Assembly (NCBI GenBank): GCA_963808895.1
Contig: CAWEHL010000004.1
Coordinates: 392,277 to 456,276 of the forward strand
Direction: 5' to 3'
DNA: 64,000 nucleotides
Origin: an uncultured Chloroflexia bacterium
Lineage (GTDB): Bacteria; Chloroflexota; Limnocylindria; Limnocylindrales; CSP1-4
Each line of letters opens with the position of its first letter. The stretch's first letter is position 1. Positions 37,369 to 46,578 of this stretch are shown in pieces. The notes beneath the pieces are model-generated. The model saw only the letters and a list, made by a program, of their open reading frames with translations, ran no database searches and had not been told where the DNA came from. The position numbers were made by a program, and so were the translations under genes.

Positions 37369-37791
37369 ATGACCGATGCTGCCGCCTGGGAGGAGCAGCT
37401 GATCTCCGAGATGCGTGCCAACGGCGGGAAGGTGGACAGCGGGCCACTCGCCGGGCATCCGCTCCTGATCATGACCAGCAAGGGGGCGCGGAGCGGCGCC
37501 GAGCGACGGTCGATCCTGACCTATCACCGCGACGGCGACGATCTCATCGTCGCGGGGACCGCCGGCGGCTCGAAGAAGGACCCGGCGTGGATCCACAACG
37601 TGAAGGCCGACCCGAATATCGACGTCGAGGTCGACAACGAACGCTCCGGGGCGACGGCGACGATCGTCGCGGACGGCCCGGAGCGCGACCGGCTGTGGGA
37701 CGACCATGTCCGAGCGCTGCCGTGGTTCGCGGACTACCCGGCACAGACCGGCCGGCTGATCCCACTGGTCCGGATCCGCCGTTCCGCGTAG
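37369..37791 (+). CDS. Deazaflavin (F420)-dependent nitroreductase family protein (DUF385)
   Basis: GGKVDSGPLAGHPLLIMTSKGARSGAERRSILTYHRDGDDLIVAGTAGGSKKDPAWIHNVKADPNIDV. ATG 37369 follows GGAGGA (37355-37360). Confidence 0.85.
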   Translation: MTDAAAWEEQLISEMRANGGKVDSGPLAGHPLLIMTSKGARSGAERRSILTYHRDGDDLIVAGTAGGSKKDPAWIHNVKADPNIDVEVDNERSGATATIVADGPERDRLWDDHVRALPWFADYPAQTGRLIPLVRIRRSA

Positions 37792-37820
37792 CCCGCTTCA
37801 CTCGGAACGTCGTCGAGGGG

Positions 37821-37853
37821 TTGACAAGCGCAGTCCATAACCATATGGTTATG
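37821..37853 (+). promoter_or_regulatory. Promoter with an overlapping 18-bp perfect palindrome (probable ArsR operator)
   Basis: TTGACA (37821-37826), a 17-nt spacer, TATGGT (37844-37849). Palindrome CATAACCATATGGTTATG at 37836-37853 covers the -10. The arsR ATG at 37859 leaves almost no leader. Confidence 0.6.
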
Positions 37854-37858
37854 CAGCG

Positions 37859-38209
37859 ATGCCTGATAACCAGCTCGACGCCGTCTTCGGCGCCCTTGCC
37901 GACCCCACCCGCCGCGCCATCCTGGCGCGCCTCGCGGACGGGGATGCCTCGGTCCTCGAGCTGACAGCACCGTTCCAAGTCTCCCAGCCCGCCATCTCGA
38001 AGCACCTCCGTGTGCTCGAGGCGGCGGGCTTGATCTCGCGCAGCCGAAAGGCGACCACGCGTCTCAGCCATCTCGAGGCGGATCCCCTCAGGAAGGCGAC
38101 GGAGTGGCTCGTCAGCTACCGCGAGTACTGGGAGGAAAGCCACGAGCGTCTGGACGCGCTGCTTGCAGCGCTCCAGGTCGACCGAAACGCAGAGAGGAAA
38201 CCCCGATGA
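37859..38209 (+). CDS. ArsR/SmtB family transcriptional regulator
   Basis: FGALADPTRRAILARLADGDASVLELTAPFQVSQPAISKHLRVLEAAGLISRSRK is the ArsR wHTH signature. Confidence 0.9.
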   Translation: MPDNQLDAVFGALADPTRRAILARLADGDASVLELTAPFQVSQPAISKHLRVLEAAGLISRSRKATTRLSHLEADPLRKATEWLVSYREYWEESHERLDALLAALQVDRNAERKPR

Positions 38210-38692
38210 CCAAGACGCAGATCGATGCCCCGGCCGGCGTCCCTTTCATCGACATCACCCGTGAGTTCGACGCACCGCGCGACCTCGTCTTCCGGGCCTA
38301 CTCGGATCCGGAGCTGATCGTCCAGTGGCTCGGGCCACGGAAGTACAAGATGAACCTCGACGCCTGGGACGCGCGCGATGGCGGGAACGTGGCGCTACAC
38401 CCATAGCGACGACCAGGGCAACGCCTATGGCTTCCACGGCGTGTTCCATGGCGACCAGACGCCTGACGGGATGCTCCAGACCTTCGAATTCGAGGGCTGG
38501 CCGGGCCACGTGTCCCTCGAGTCGATCCGCTTCGAGGAGCGCGACGGCAAGACGATCATCCGGAACCACTCCGTCTACCAGTCGGTGGCCGACCGCGACG
38601 GGATGATCGAGTCCGGCATGGAGGAGGGCATGAACGACGGTTTCGACCGCCTCGACGAGCTCCTCGCCACGCTGCGCCAGCCGGTGGCCTGA
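38206..38692 (+). CDS. SRPBCC / AHSA1 (activator of Hsp90 ATPase homolog 1-like) family protein; one +1 frame break near 38386
   Basis: ATGA overlap with arsR. MTKTQIDAPAGVPFIDITREFDAPRDLVFRAYSDPELIVQWLGPR (ORF 38104..38406) continues in ORF 38378..38692 (WRYTHSDDQGNAYGFHGVFHG...). 487 nt = 162 codons + 1. Confidence 0.75.
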
Positions 38693-38694
38693 CG

Positions 38695-39090
38695 ATGGAC
38701 TACAAGCTCGAACTCGTCCCGATCCCGGTCGCCGACGTCGATCGGGCGAAGGCCTTCTACAGCGAGAAGGTCGGCTTCGCGATCGACGTCGACCACCAGC
38801 CCAACGACGACTTCCGCATCGTCCAGCTGACCCCGCCAGGGTCCGGCTGCTCGATCATGGTGGGCAAGGGCGCGATCCGGACGGCACCGGGCTCCGTCCA
38901 GGGTCTCCAGCTCGTCGTCGAGGACATCGAAGCCGCGCATGCCGAGCTGACCGCGCGTGGTCTCGACATCGGGCCGATCCGTCATTTCGAGAACGGTGAA
39001 TGGTTCGACGGGAAGGGCGGCCAGTGGAACTCGTTCGCCTTCTTCGACGACCCGGACGGCAACGGCTGGGCGTTGCAGGAGCGTGGGTGA
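38695..39090 (+). CDS. VOC (glyoxalase/bleomycin-resistance) family protein
   Basis: LELVPIPVADVDRAKAFYSEKVGFAIDVD...FFDDPDGNGWALQER; 131 aa. Confidence 0.8.
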   Translation: MDYKLELVPIPVADVDRAKAFYSEKVGFAIDVDHQPNDDFRIVQLTPPGSGCSIMVGKGAIRTAPGSVQGLQLVVEDIEAAHAELTARGLDIGPIRHFENGEWFDGKGGQWNSFAFFDDPDGNGWALQERG

Positions 39091-39622
39091 TGGCCGACCG
39101 AGAACCGATCGAGACGAAGAACCTCGATATCTACGGGTTTGACGCCGCTCCCGTGGAGCCGGCCGCAGGCGACCTCGATCGCCTTCATCGACCCGACGGC
39201 GCGATCATCACGTGGTTCCTCGGCACGGTCGGTCGCGACGGCCGCCCACATGCGGCCGGTGTCGGCGCGGTGTTGGACGATGGCGATCTCTACTTCACGA
39301 GCGGCCCGGCACGCAAGAAGTCGAAGTGAACTCGCTGCGAACCCCGCGTGCATCGATCTCCGTCAGCCTGCCGGGCATCGACCTCGTCTTCGAAGGGGAA
39401 GTCGAGCGGGTGACCGACCGCCCGACGCTCGAGGCTCTCGTCCCGAAGTTCAACGCCGAGCGGCTGGCCCGCGCACCGTCGAGGGCGACGCCGTCACCGC
39501 GCCATTCAGCGCCCCGAGTGCTGGGCCACCGCCCTGGTACGCTGTACCGCTTCAGATTCGACAAGGTGATCGGCGTCGCCACAGCAGAGCCCTACGGTGC
39601 CACGCGCTGGCGCTTCGCCTGA
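39090..39622 (+). CDS. Pyridoxamine 5'-phosphate oxidase-like (PNPOx/FMN-binding split-barrel) family protein; frame broken 4-5 times
   Basis: TGATG overlap with the VOC gene. The sequence runs through three frames: ...WFLGTVGRDGRPHAAGVGAVLDDGDLYFTSGPARKKSK / ELAANP / RASISVSLPGIDLVFEGEVERVTDRPTLEALVPKFNAE / GWPA / RTVEGDAVTAPFSAPSAGPPPW / TLYRFRFDKVIGVATAEPYGATRWRF. Confidence 0.6.
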
Positions 39623-39749
39623 TCACGGATAGCACGCCCGGCATGCCGGGCTGAATGCGAACCTTCCGGCCCTTCGTCGCCGACCGGCGACGGAGGGCCT
39701 CCGCGCGTCGACGGCGTCACCGCGAGCCCGCGTGTGGCATCGTCCGTGG

Positions 39750-40301
39750 ATGGCGTCCCCCATCGCGGCCCGCAGCGCCATTACCGCCGAGCTGACTGCC
39801 GTCGACCTCGTCCAGCTGCGGGATCTGCTGTGGGCCGCCTTTCCCCCGGGCGAGGACGGGTTCACCGAGGACGACTGGCAGCACGGCATGGGTGGCCGGC
39901 ACTTCGTGGCGGAGTCGGACGGCGTGATCGTGAGCCACGCGAGTGTCGTCGAGCGCGAGATCCACATCGGCGGCAGTGCGCTTCGGACCGGGTACGTCGA
40001 GGCGGTCGGGACGCGTCCTGAGGAGCAGCGTCGCGGGTTCGGGAGCGCCGTCGTCCAGGCCGCGACCGATCACGTGCGCGCGACGTACGAGCTCGGCGTG
40101 CTGGGAACGGGCGAGCACGCGTTCTACGAGCGATTCGGCTGGCGGACATGGCATGGCCACGCGTACGTGCGGACGCCCCACGGGCCGGAACGCACGCCGG
40201 ACGAGGAGGGCTTCATCATGGTCCTCCGAACGCCGTCATCCCCCGAGCTGGACCCAGAGGCGTCGATCAGCTGCGACTGGCGACCGGGCGATGTCTGGTA
40301 G
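39750..40301 (+). CDS. GNAT acetyltransferase resembling aminoglycoside 2'-N-acetyltransferase AAC(2')-I
   Basis: DWQHGMGGRHFVAESDGVIVSHASVVEREIHIGGSALRTGYVEAVGTRPEEQRRGFG...ERFGWRTWHG..RTPDEEGFIMVL..ISCDWRPGDVW parallels my recollection of mycobacterial AAC(2')-Ic, including the terminal CDWRxGDVW. GTG 39732 is an alternative start. Confidence 0.75.
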   Translation: MASPIAARSAITAELTAVDLVQLRDLLWAAFPPGEDGFTEDDWQHGMGGRHFVAESDGVIVSHASVVEREIHIGGSALRTGYVEAVGTRPEEQRRGFGSAVVQAATDHVRATYELGVLGTGEHAFYERFGWRTWHGHAYVRTPHGPERTPDEEGFIMVLRTPSSPELDPEASISCDWRPGDVW

Positions 40302-41679
40302 CGACTGGGTCGCAGCGTCGGCCACATCGCTTGCGAACGACATCCGAACAGGGCGGCGCTCGTCGGTGGAGGTCGTGACGGCGGTCATCGAGCGCATCGA
40401 CGCGGTGAACCCGCGGATCAACGCGGTCGTGCGGCGAGTCGATGGCGTGCTCGATGCGGCTCGCCGCGCCGACGAGCAGCTGGCGCGCGGCCAGGCGGCC
40501 GGGCCGCTCCACGGTCTGCCGTTCACGATCAAGGATTCGTTCGACACTGCGGGCACGGTGACGACGGCTGGGACGATCGGGTGGCGCGAACGCGTGCCAG
40601 CGACGGATGCGACCGTGGTCGCCCGCCTGCGCGCCGCGGGCGCGATCCTCGTAGGGAAGACGAACACGCCGGAGTTCACGTGGTCGGACGAGACCGATAA
40701 CGACGTCTACGGCCGGACCTCGAACCCCTATGACGTCGCCCGAACGCCCGGCGGAAGCAGTGGCGGCTCAGCGGCGATCGTCGCCGCAGGAGCGTCGCCG
40801 TTCGACGTCGGTAGTGACACTGGGGACAGCATCCGCCAGCCGGCGCACGTCTGCGGTGTCGCAGGGATCAAGCCGACGACCGGACGCGTGCCGCGGACCG
40901 GTCACTCGCCGGACTTTCGCGGGCTCTTCCAGGCGTTCACCCAGCTCGGACCGATCGCCCGGTACGTCCAGGACCTCGGGCTGATCCTGCCGATCATCGC
41001 CGGGCCGGATGGGATCGATCCGTTCGTCTACCCGGTGGCTCTAGGCGATCCATCGACGGTCCGGATCTCCGGTCTCCGGGTCGCGCTGTTCACCGACAAC
41101 GGCGTGCGCACACCGACACCGTCGACGGTCGATGCCGTCCGCGCCGCGGCGTCTGCGCTCGAGGCCGAGGGTGCACGCGTCGAGGAGCGCCGGCCGCCGC
41201 GGATGGATGAGGTCGCGGATGCGTGGCAGTCGATGATCTCGGCCGACGGCCACGCCTGGCTGACGCGCTTGATCAACGGGGCCGGGACGCCCGGGCACGG
41301 CTCCTACGACACGCGAGGGTGGGTCGAGTTCACCGACGGGCTGCCGGGGCCTGCGTTGACCGCGCTGGTCGAACGGGCGGATGGCGTCCGCTCGCGGATG
41401 CTGCAGTGGATGCACGACGTCGATGTCATCGTCTGCCCGGCCATGCCACAGCCGGCGATCCTGCATGGCGGCAGCAACGACCCGGCGTTCGGTGACACGT
41501 ACAGCGACGTGCACAACCTCACAGGCTTTCCCGCGGTCGTCGTCCGCGGTGGCACATCACCCGAGGGACTCCCCATCGGCGTCCAGCTCGTGGCGGGGCC
41601 GTGGCGCGAAGACGTCGCCTTGGCGGCTGCCCGGGTCGTCGAGGTGGTATCCGGCGGGTGGCGACCGCCGCCGTCATGA
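40291..41679 (+). CDS. Amidase (amidase-signature family)
   Basis: LHGLPFTIKDSFDTAG and GGSSGGSAAIVAAGASPFDVGSDTGDSIRQPA are the AS signature. ATG 40291 overlaps the end of the acetyltransferase gene by 11 nt. Confidence 0.88.
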   Translation: MSGSDWVAASATSLANDIRTGRRSSVEVVTAVIERIDAVNPRINAVVRRVDGVLDAARRADEQLARGQAAGPLHGLPFTIKDSFDTAGTVTTAGTIGWRERVPATDATVVARLRAAGAILVGKTNTPEFTWSDETDNDVYGRTSNPYDVARTPGGSSGGSAAIVAAGASPFDVGSDTGDSIRQPAHVCGVAGIKPTTGRVPRTGHSPDFRGLFQAFTQLGPIARYVQDLGLILPIIAGPDGIDPFVYPVALGDPSTVRISGLRVALFTDNGVRTPTPSTVDAVRAAASALEAEGARVEERRPPRMDEVADAWQSMISADGHAWLTRLINGAGTPGHGSYDTRGWVEFTDGLPGPALTALVERADGVRSRMLQWMHDVDVIVCPAMPQPAILHGGSNDPAFGDTYSDVHNLTGFPAVVVRGGTSPEGLPIGVQLVAGPWREDVALAAARVVEVVSGGWRPPPS

Positions 41680-41703
41680 CGAAGCGGGGGTAGGCTGGCC
41701 GTC

Positions 41704-42093
41704 GTGTTCGAATCGCTCGACTACGTGTACATGCCCAGTCGGGACGTCGCAGCGGACCTGGCCTACTTCACCGACATCCTCGGAGGGCGCCTCATCTTCG
41801 CGATCGACGGCATGGGAGCGCGGGTCGCGATGCTCGAGCTCACCGAGGGTCCGCCCAGACTGCTACTCGCGGACCACCTGGAAGGCGATCGACCGGTCCT
41901 CGTCTACCGGGTCGCGGACCTCGAGGCGGCGTCGGACGAGCTGCGGCAGCGCGGCTGGGACGAGGGGCACGGCCTCGAGATCCCGCAGGGTCCGGTCCGC
42001 TCGTTCGCCGGTCCCGGCGGTCATCGACTCGCGATCTACGAGCGGTCGCGACCGGGGGTCGAACGGTCCTTCGATGGTCGGCGCGACTTCTGA
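41704..42093 (+). CDS. VOC/glyoxalase-like family protein
   Basis: 129 aa. LDYVYMPSRDVAADLAYFTDILGGRLIF...GPGGHRLAIYE. Confidence 0.6.
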   Translation: MFESLDYVYMPSRDVAADLAYFTDILGGRLIFAIDGMGARVAMLELTEGPPRLLLADHLEGDRPVLVYRVADLEAASDELRQRGWDEGHGLEIPQGPVRSFAGPGGHRLAIYERSRPGVERSFDGRRDF

Positions 42094-42174
42094 TCGCTCA
42101 TTCGTCAGGCATCCCACGCGACCGGCAGCGTGCGCGGCTTGCGGAAGACGAGCCCGGTCGGTGGCGTGGCGCCG

Positions 42175-43279
42175 TCAGCGAGGCGCAGCCCCGGCCAGCG
42201 TTCGACGCGCGGCCTCGAGCGCGACCTGTGTCTCGAGCCGCGCGAGGTGCAGCCCGACGCAGGCGTGCGGACCCTGAGCGAAGGCGAGATGGGAGCGCGC
42301 GTTCTCCCGCGCGATGTCGAACCGGTCGGGGTCCGGGAACGTCGCCGGATCGCGGTTCGCAGCAGTGAGCGAGACGATCACGAGATCGCCGCGACCGATG
42401 TGCGCTCCTCCGAGCTCCACGTCCTCGGTCGCGTAGCGATCGACCCGTCCGGCGGCCGGCTCCAGCCGAAGCGATTCCTCGACGGCGTTCGCGATGACCG
42501 TCCGATCCCGAACGATCGCCTCCAGCGCTCCCGGCGTGGTCAGGACGTGCCAGAACAGCGATGTCGTCATGCCCTCGCTGGTCTCGATGCCACCGAACAT
42601 CATCACGGCCGCGTTCGACACGATCTCCGGGCGGCTGAGCGTCTCGGTAGCGTCGGCGAGGACGCCGCCCGCGCGGTCGATGGTCGCGCCGACATGCCGG
42701 TCGAGGGCTGCGACGGCCTCGGGGGCTCGATCCCCGATCTCGCCACCGGCCGACACCCGGTCCACGGCGGCGACGATCTCGTCATACCAGCCGAGCACGA
42801 CAGCGGGCTCGACGTCGAGGAGATCAAGCGCCGCCGCGACGACGCGGACGGCGAGCGGGCCGGCGAGGTCGCGGCGGACCTCCGCACGGCCTCGGGGGCG
42901 GAGTGCCTCGACAAGGTCCGTGGCCTCGGTTCGGACCCGCTCCCCGAACCGCTCCATCACCTGTGGCCGACGGAAGGCCGTCGCGAACGGGTCACGATGA
43001 CGACGGTGCTCCTCACCATCGAGCGAGAGCATGCTCGGGCCGACCACGCGAGCCGTCGAGAAGCGCGGATCGTCGACGGTGAAGCGAGCCGCATCGCGCA
43101 TGACATCGATGCATAGGTCACGTCGGCGTCACAAGCCAACCATCGAGCGCCGGGATCCATGCGACCGGTGCCTGCTCTCGAAGCGACGCGAGCACGGGGT
43201 AGGGGTCCGCATCGAGCTCGGCGAGCGTGATCGAGACGACGGGCTCGCCGGGGGCAGGGATGGCGGTCACGGCCGTCAC
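42175..43279 (-). CDS. Cytochrome P450; one +1 frame break near 43125
   Basis: Heme loop FAQGPHACVGLHLARLE, with an EESLR-type K helix (VEESLRLEP). The N-terminus (VTAVTAIPAPGEPVVSITLAELDADPYPVLASLREQAPVAWIPALDGWLVT) lies in a different frame upstream of ORF 42175..43101. 1105 nt = 368 codons + 1. Confidence 0.85.
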
Positions 43280-43343
43280 TCTACGCCGCCTTCCGTACCG
43301 ACCGGTCTGAACCGATCTTGCCGGGACGTCGTACCTTCACTAC

Positions 43344-44093
43344 ATGAGCCCGGTTCGCGCGAGACGACTGCTTGGTGCGCTGTTCGCGGGCGTGCTCACG
43401 CTCGCGATCGCACCGACGGTCGCCGCCACGCCTTCGTCGTCCTATCAGCTCGATCTGGGCCGGCGCACCGACTACGTCGGCCAGACGAACCTCGTCCAAT
43501 GCGTCGGGGCAAGCATGCAGATGATGCTGAACATGATGAGCACACGCGATGACCGGACCGCCGCGACGCAGCTCCGCCTACAGAGGCTCGCTCGGGAATG
43601 GAGCGGACCGAGTCGGAACGGGCGGATCCGACAGGGCGCAAGCGTCCGAGGCTGGGCACGCGGCCTGACGCTCGAAGGTGGTGGCCCGTACCAGGTCGTC
43701 GGGAAGGACACGGTGCAGGAGGCGCTGCTCACCGCGGCTCGCGCGATGCGGACCACGGGTCGGCCTGTGGGGCTCCTGGTGTGGCGAGGCCGTCACGCGT
43801 GGGTGATGAGCGGCTTCCGCGCGACCAGGGACCCGTTGCTACCCGGGGCACGCGTCACGGCAGCGATCGTGGAGGATCCGCTGCACCCCTACGGTGACTC
43901 GACCACCTGGGGCCGGAGCCCGCGCCCGGGCGAGGCCCTTTCGATCGGCGAGCTCAGCACCCAGTTCGTCCGGCGGCGCCAGTCCACGCTGACGCCAGCG
44001 CTGTCGGGCAAATTCGTGATCGTCCTCCCGTTCCAGTTCGACCAGCGCACGTTGCGGCTTCATGGGCTTCCTGCGTCGACTGCTCGGGGGTGA
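43344..44093 (+). CDS. Secreted hypothetical protein, possibly a C39-like/papain-fold cysteine peptidase
   Basis: Signal peptide MSPVRARRLLGALFAGVLTLAIAPTVAA. QTNLVQCVGASMQMM places Gln six residues before Cys, as in papain-like enzymes. A later GRHAWVMSGF supplies a candidate catalytic His. The family assignment is tentative. Confidence 0.45.
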   Translation: MSPVRARRLLGALFAGVLTLAIAPTVAATPSSSYQLDLGRRTDYVGQTNLVQCVGASMQMMLNMMSTRDDRTAATQLRLQRLAREWSGPSRNGRIRQGASVRGWARGLTLEGGGPYQVVGKDTVQEALLTAARAMRTTGRPVGLLVWRGRHAWVMSGFRATRDPLLPGARVTAAIVEDPLHPYGDSTTWGRSPRPGEALSIGELSTQFVRRRQSTLTPALSGKFVIVLPFQFDQRTLRLHGLPASTARG

Positions 44094-44319
44094 ATCGAGC
44101 TCGCCACCGGACGAGACGCAACCCCCCGAGGATGCGGCGTCGGCGGAAGCCGACGAGCGCGCCCGCGATCTGGAACTGCTACGCGAGGAGCAGGATCGCT
44201 TGGACGACCTGGCGCGACGGCAGCTTCGCTACGCCGACTACGCCTGGGAACCGCCGGCGCAAGGCGGGGAGCGGCGCGCCGACGACGCGGACAAGGGGAC
44301 CGGCGGCGGGGAAACGTGA
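44062..44319 (+). CDS. Small acidic hypothetical protein
   Basis: 85 aa, Asp/Glu-rich, overlapping the previous gene by 32 nt. No recognisable family, and coding status is uncertain. Confidence 0.3.
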   Translation: MGFLRRLLGGESSSPPDETQPPEDAASAEADERARDLELLREEQDRLDDLARRQLRYADYAWEPPAQGGERRADDADKGTGGGET

Positions 44320-44320
44320 G

Positions 44321-44677
44321 CTAGGTCAGGCCACTCGCCCGGTCGATGAGCTGCAGCAGATCGTGGGCGGCTAGCTCGATCTCCTTGTGGCGCCACTCGG
44401 CAGCACGGAAGTGGCACGCGATGATCCCCGATCGGTGGATCCGACGAAAGTCGCCGAAGACGAACGCGAATCGAGCCTTGGTTTCGTCCGACGCGCCGAC
44501 GGTGAGCCCGAGATGCCACTCGCCGTATTCGTCCCACGGATGGCGTTCGAGAAAACGGTTCTCGTCGTCGGCGCTGGGCTGGACCTCGCCCCAGTCGCTC
44601 CGAAGCACGTACTGACGGGCGCGGATGAGCCGCTCCGCTCGGGCGATGGCTCGCTCGTTGACGACGTACTTCGCCAT
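44321..44677 (-). CDS. Hypothetical protein (118 aa)
   Basis: MAKYVVNERAIARAERLIRARQYVLRSDWGEV...; non-repetitive composition. ATG 44677 lies within ORF 44321..44812. I recognised no family. Confidence 0.5.
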   Translation of the reverse strand: MAKYVVNERAIARAERLIRARQYVLRSDWGEVQPSADDENRFLERHPWDEYGEWHLGLTVGASDETKARFAFVFGDFRRIHRSGIIACHFRAAEWRHKEIELAAHDLLQLIDRASGLT

Positions 44678-44720
44678 GGTGGGGTCGAGTATGACCGGCC
44701 GTTTGGCTACCATCCACGCG

Positions 44721-45347
44721 ATGGATGCCCTGAGGATGCCAGCCTCGATCGCCGGACTTCCCGTCCCCCAGGACGAGGTGTCGGATGCGTCGTGGCGCTG
44801 GGCACAGCGCACACTCCCGCGCTATCTGCTGGCGCATTCGGTGCGCTCTTACTGCTGGGGCGCCGCGATCGGCGCGTGGGAGGGTCTGACCGTCGACAGC
44901 CAGGTGCTGTGGTGTGCCTCGCTGTTCCACGATGCCGGTCTCACCACGATCCCGCGCAACACGATGTGCTTCGAGATCGAGGGCGCCGAGTTCGCGCGTC
45001 GAACGCTGGAACGGTTCGGCATGGCTGCGGATGCCGCGGACCGCGCCGCGATCGCGATCATCCTGCACATGCAGCCCGCGGTGACGCTGGATGACGGTGT
45101 CGAGCCCGTGCTCCTCGATCGCGGCACGGCGATCGACGTCCGCGGGGTCGACGTCGACCTCGTCGAGAGCGTCCGCGGAACGGTGACCCGGAAGTTCCCA
45201 CGCGGGGCGTTCGACCGGCATTTCGTGAGCGCCATCCGACGCGAGGTCGCACGACGGGGCGATTGCCAGAGCGCCCGGCTGCTCCACGACGCCGACCTCG
45301 AGGCCGGCGATGGCGCGGTCACCGTGGGCGATGGACGCCACCGCGCC
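44721..45347 (+). CDS. HD-domain protein; no in-frame stop before the next gene
   Basis: LLAHSVRSYCWGAAIG...LWCASLFHDAGL (H..HD metal motif). The frame runs straight on into the prolyl aminopeptidase ATG at 45348, so the 3' end given is nominal. Confidence 0.6.
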
Positions 45348-46578
45348 ATGCTGACGTTCCGGGCTCCCGGGGCCGTCTTCACCGAGCGAGAGCACACCGT
45401 CCCGCTCGACCACGCCGACCCGACCGGCGCCGACGATCACGGTATTCACCCGTGAGGTCGCCGCGCCGGACGGTCTGGATCGCCCGTACCTCGTCTTCCT
45501 TCAGGGCGGACCCGGCTTCGAGGCGGCCCGGCCGACGAGCCCGCCGACCGGCTGGATGAAGCGGGCACTCCTCGACTACCGCGTGCTGCTCCTCGATCAG
45601 CGGGGCACCGGACGGTCGACGCCGGTCGGGCCGACGATCCCGGGCGACACGCCGCGGGAGCAGGCCGACTACCTGACCCATTTCCGCGCCGACTCGATCG
45701 TGCGTGACGCTGAGCTGATCCGGAAGGAGCTCGGCGTCGAGCGCTGGAGCATCCTCGGCCAGAGCTTCGGCGGCTTCACATCGATGACCTACCTGTCGAT
45801 CGCACCCGATGGGCTTGCCGAGGCGTTCATGACCGGCGGCCTGTCGCCGATCGGGCGGTCGGTCGATGACATCTACGGCGCCACCTATCGGCGTCTGCTC
45901 AGGTCGAACCGCCGCTACTTCGAGCGGTACCCGGACGACCGATCGCCGGATCCGCGACATCCTGCTGCGCCTCGATGACGAGGACGTGCGACTGCCGACG
46001 TGGCGATCGATTGACGGCGCGGCGGTTCCGACAACTCGGCCTCTGGCTCGGCGACAGTGCGGGGTTCGAGCTTCTCCATCACGTCGTCGAGCTGCCGTTC
46101 GGGTCGCTCGCGTTCCTCAACGACACCGAGGCCGGCGTGCGCTTCTACCGCAACCCGATCTACGCGACGCTGCACGAGTCGTCGTACGCGGATGGCGTCG
46201 CGACCCGCTGGTCCGCTCGACCGGCTGCTGCCCGACGAGATCGTCACCGAGGGCTATATGACCGCCGAGCACGTCTTCCCCTGGATGTGGGAGGACTACG
46301 GAGCGCTGCGCGGCCAGCGCGACGCCGCGGAGCTGCTCGCCGAGCACCCGTGGCCCCGCCTGTACGACGCCGACCGGCTCCGCCGCAACGAGGTCCCGGT
46401 CGCGGCGACGATCTACGTCAACGACCTGTACGTCGAGCGCGACTTCGCCGAGGAGACGGCGGCGACGATCCGGGGCATCCGTGTGTGGGAGACGGACGAG
46501 TTCGAGCACAACGGTCTGCGGGCGGATGGCGAGCGCGTCCTCGGCCGTCTGATCGACCTCGTCCGCGGGCGCGCCTGA
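45348..46578 (+). CDS. Prolyl aminopeptidase-like alpha/beta hydrolase (S33 family); four +1 frame breaks
   Basis: MLTFRAPGAVFTEREHTVPLDHADPTG / TITVFTREVAAPDGLDRPYLVFLQGGPGFEA..LLLDQRGTGRST..ILGQSFGGFTS (GxSxG) / RRIRDILLRLDDEDVRLPT / GDRLTARRFRQLG...ADGVATRWSA / DRLLPDEIV...WETDEFEHNGLRADGERV. Breaks lie near 45430, 45939, 46001 and 46218. 1231 nt = 409 codons + 4. Confidence 0.8.
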
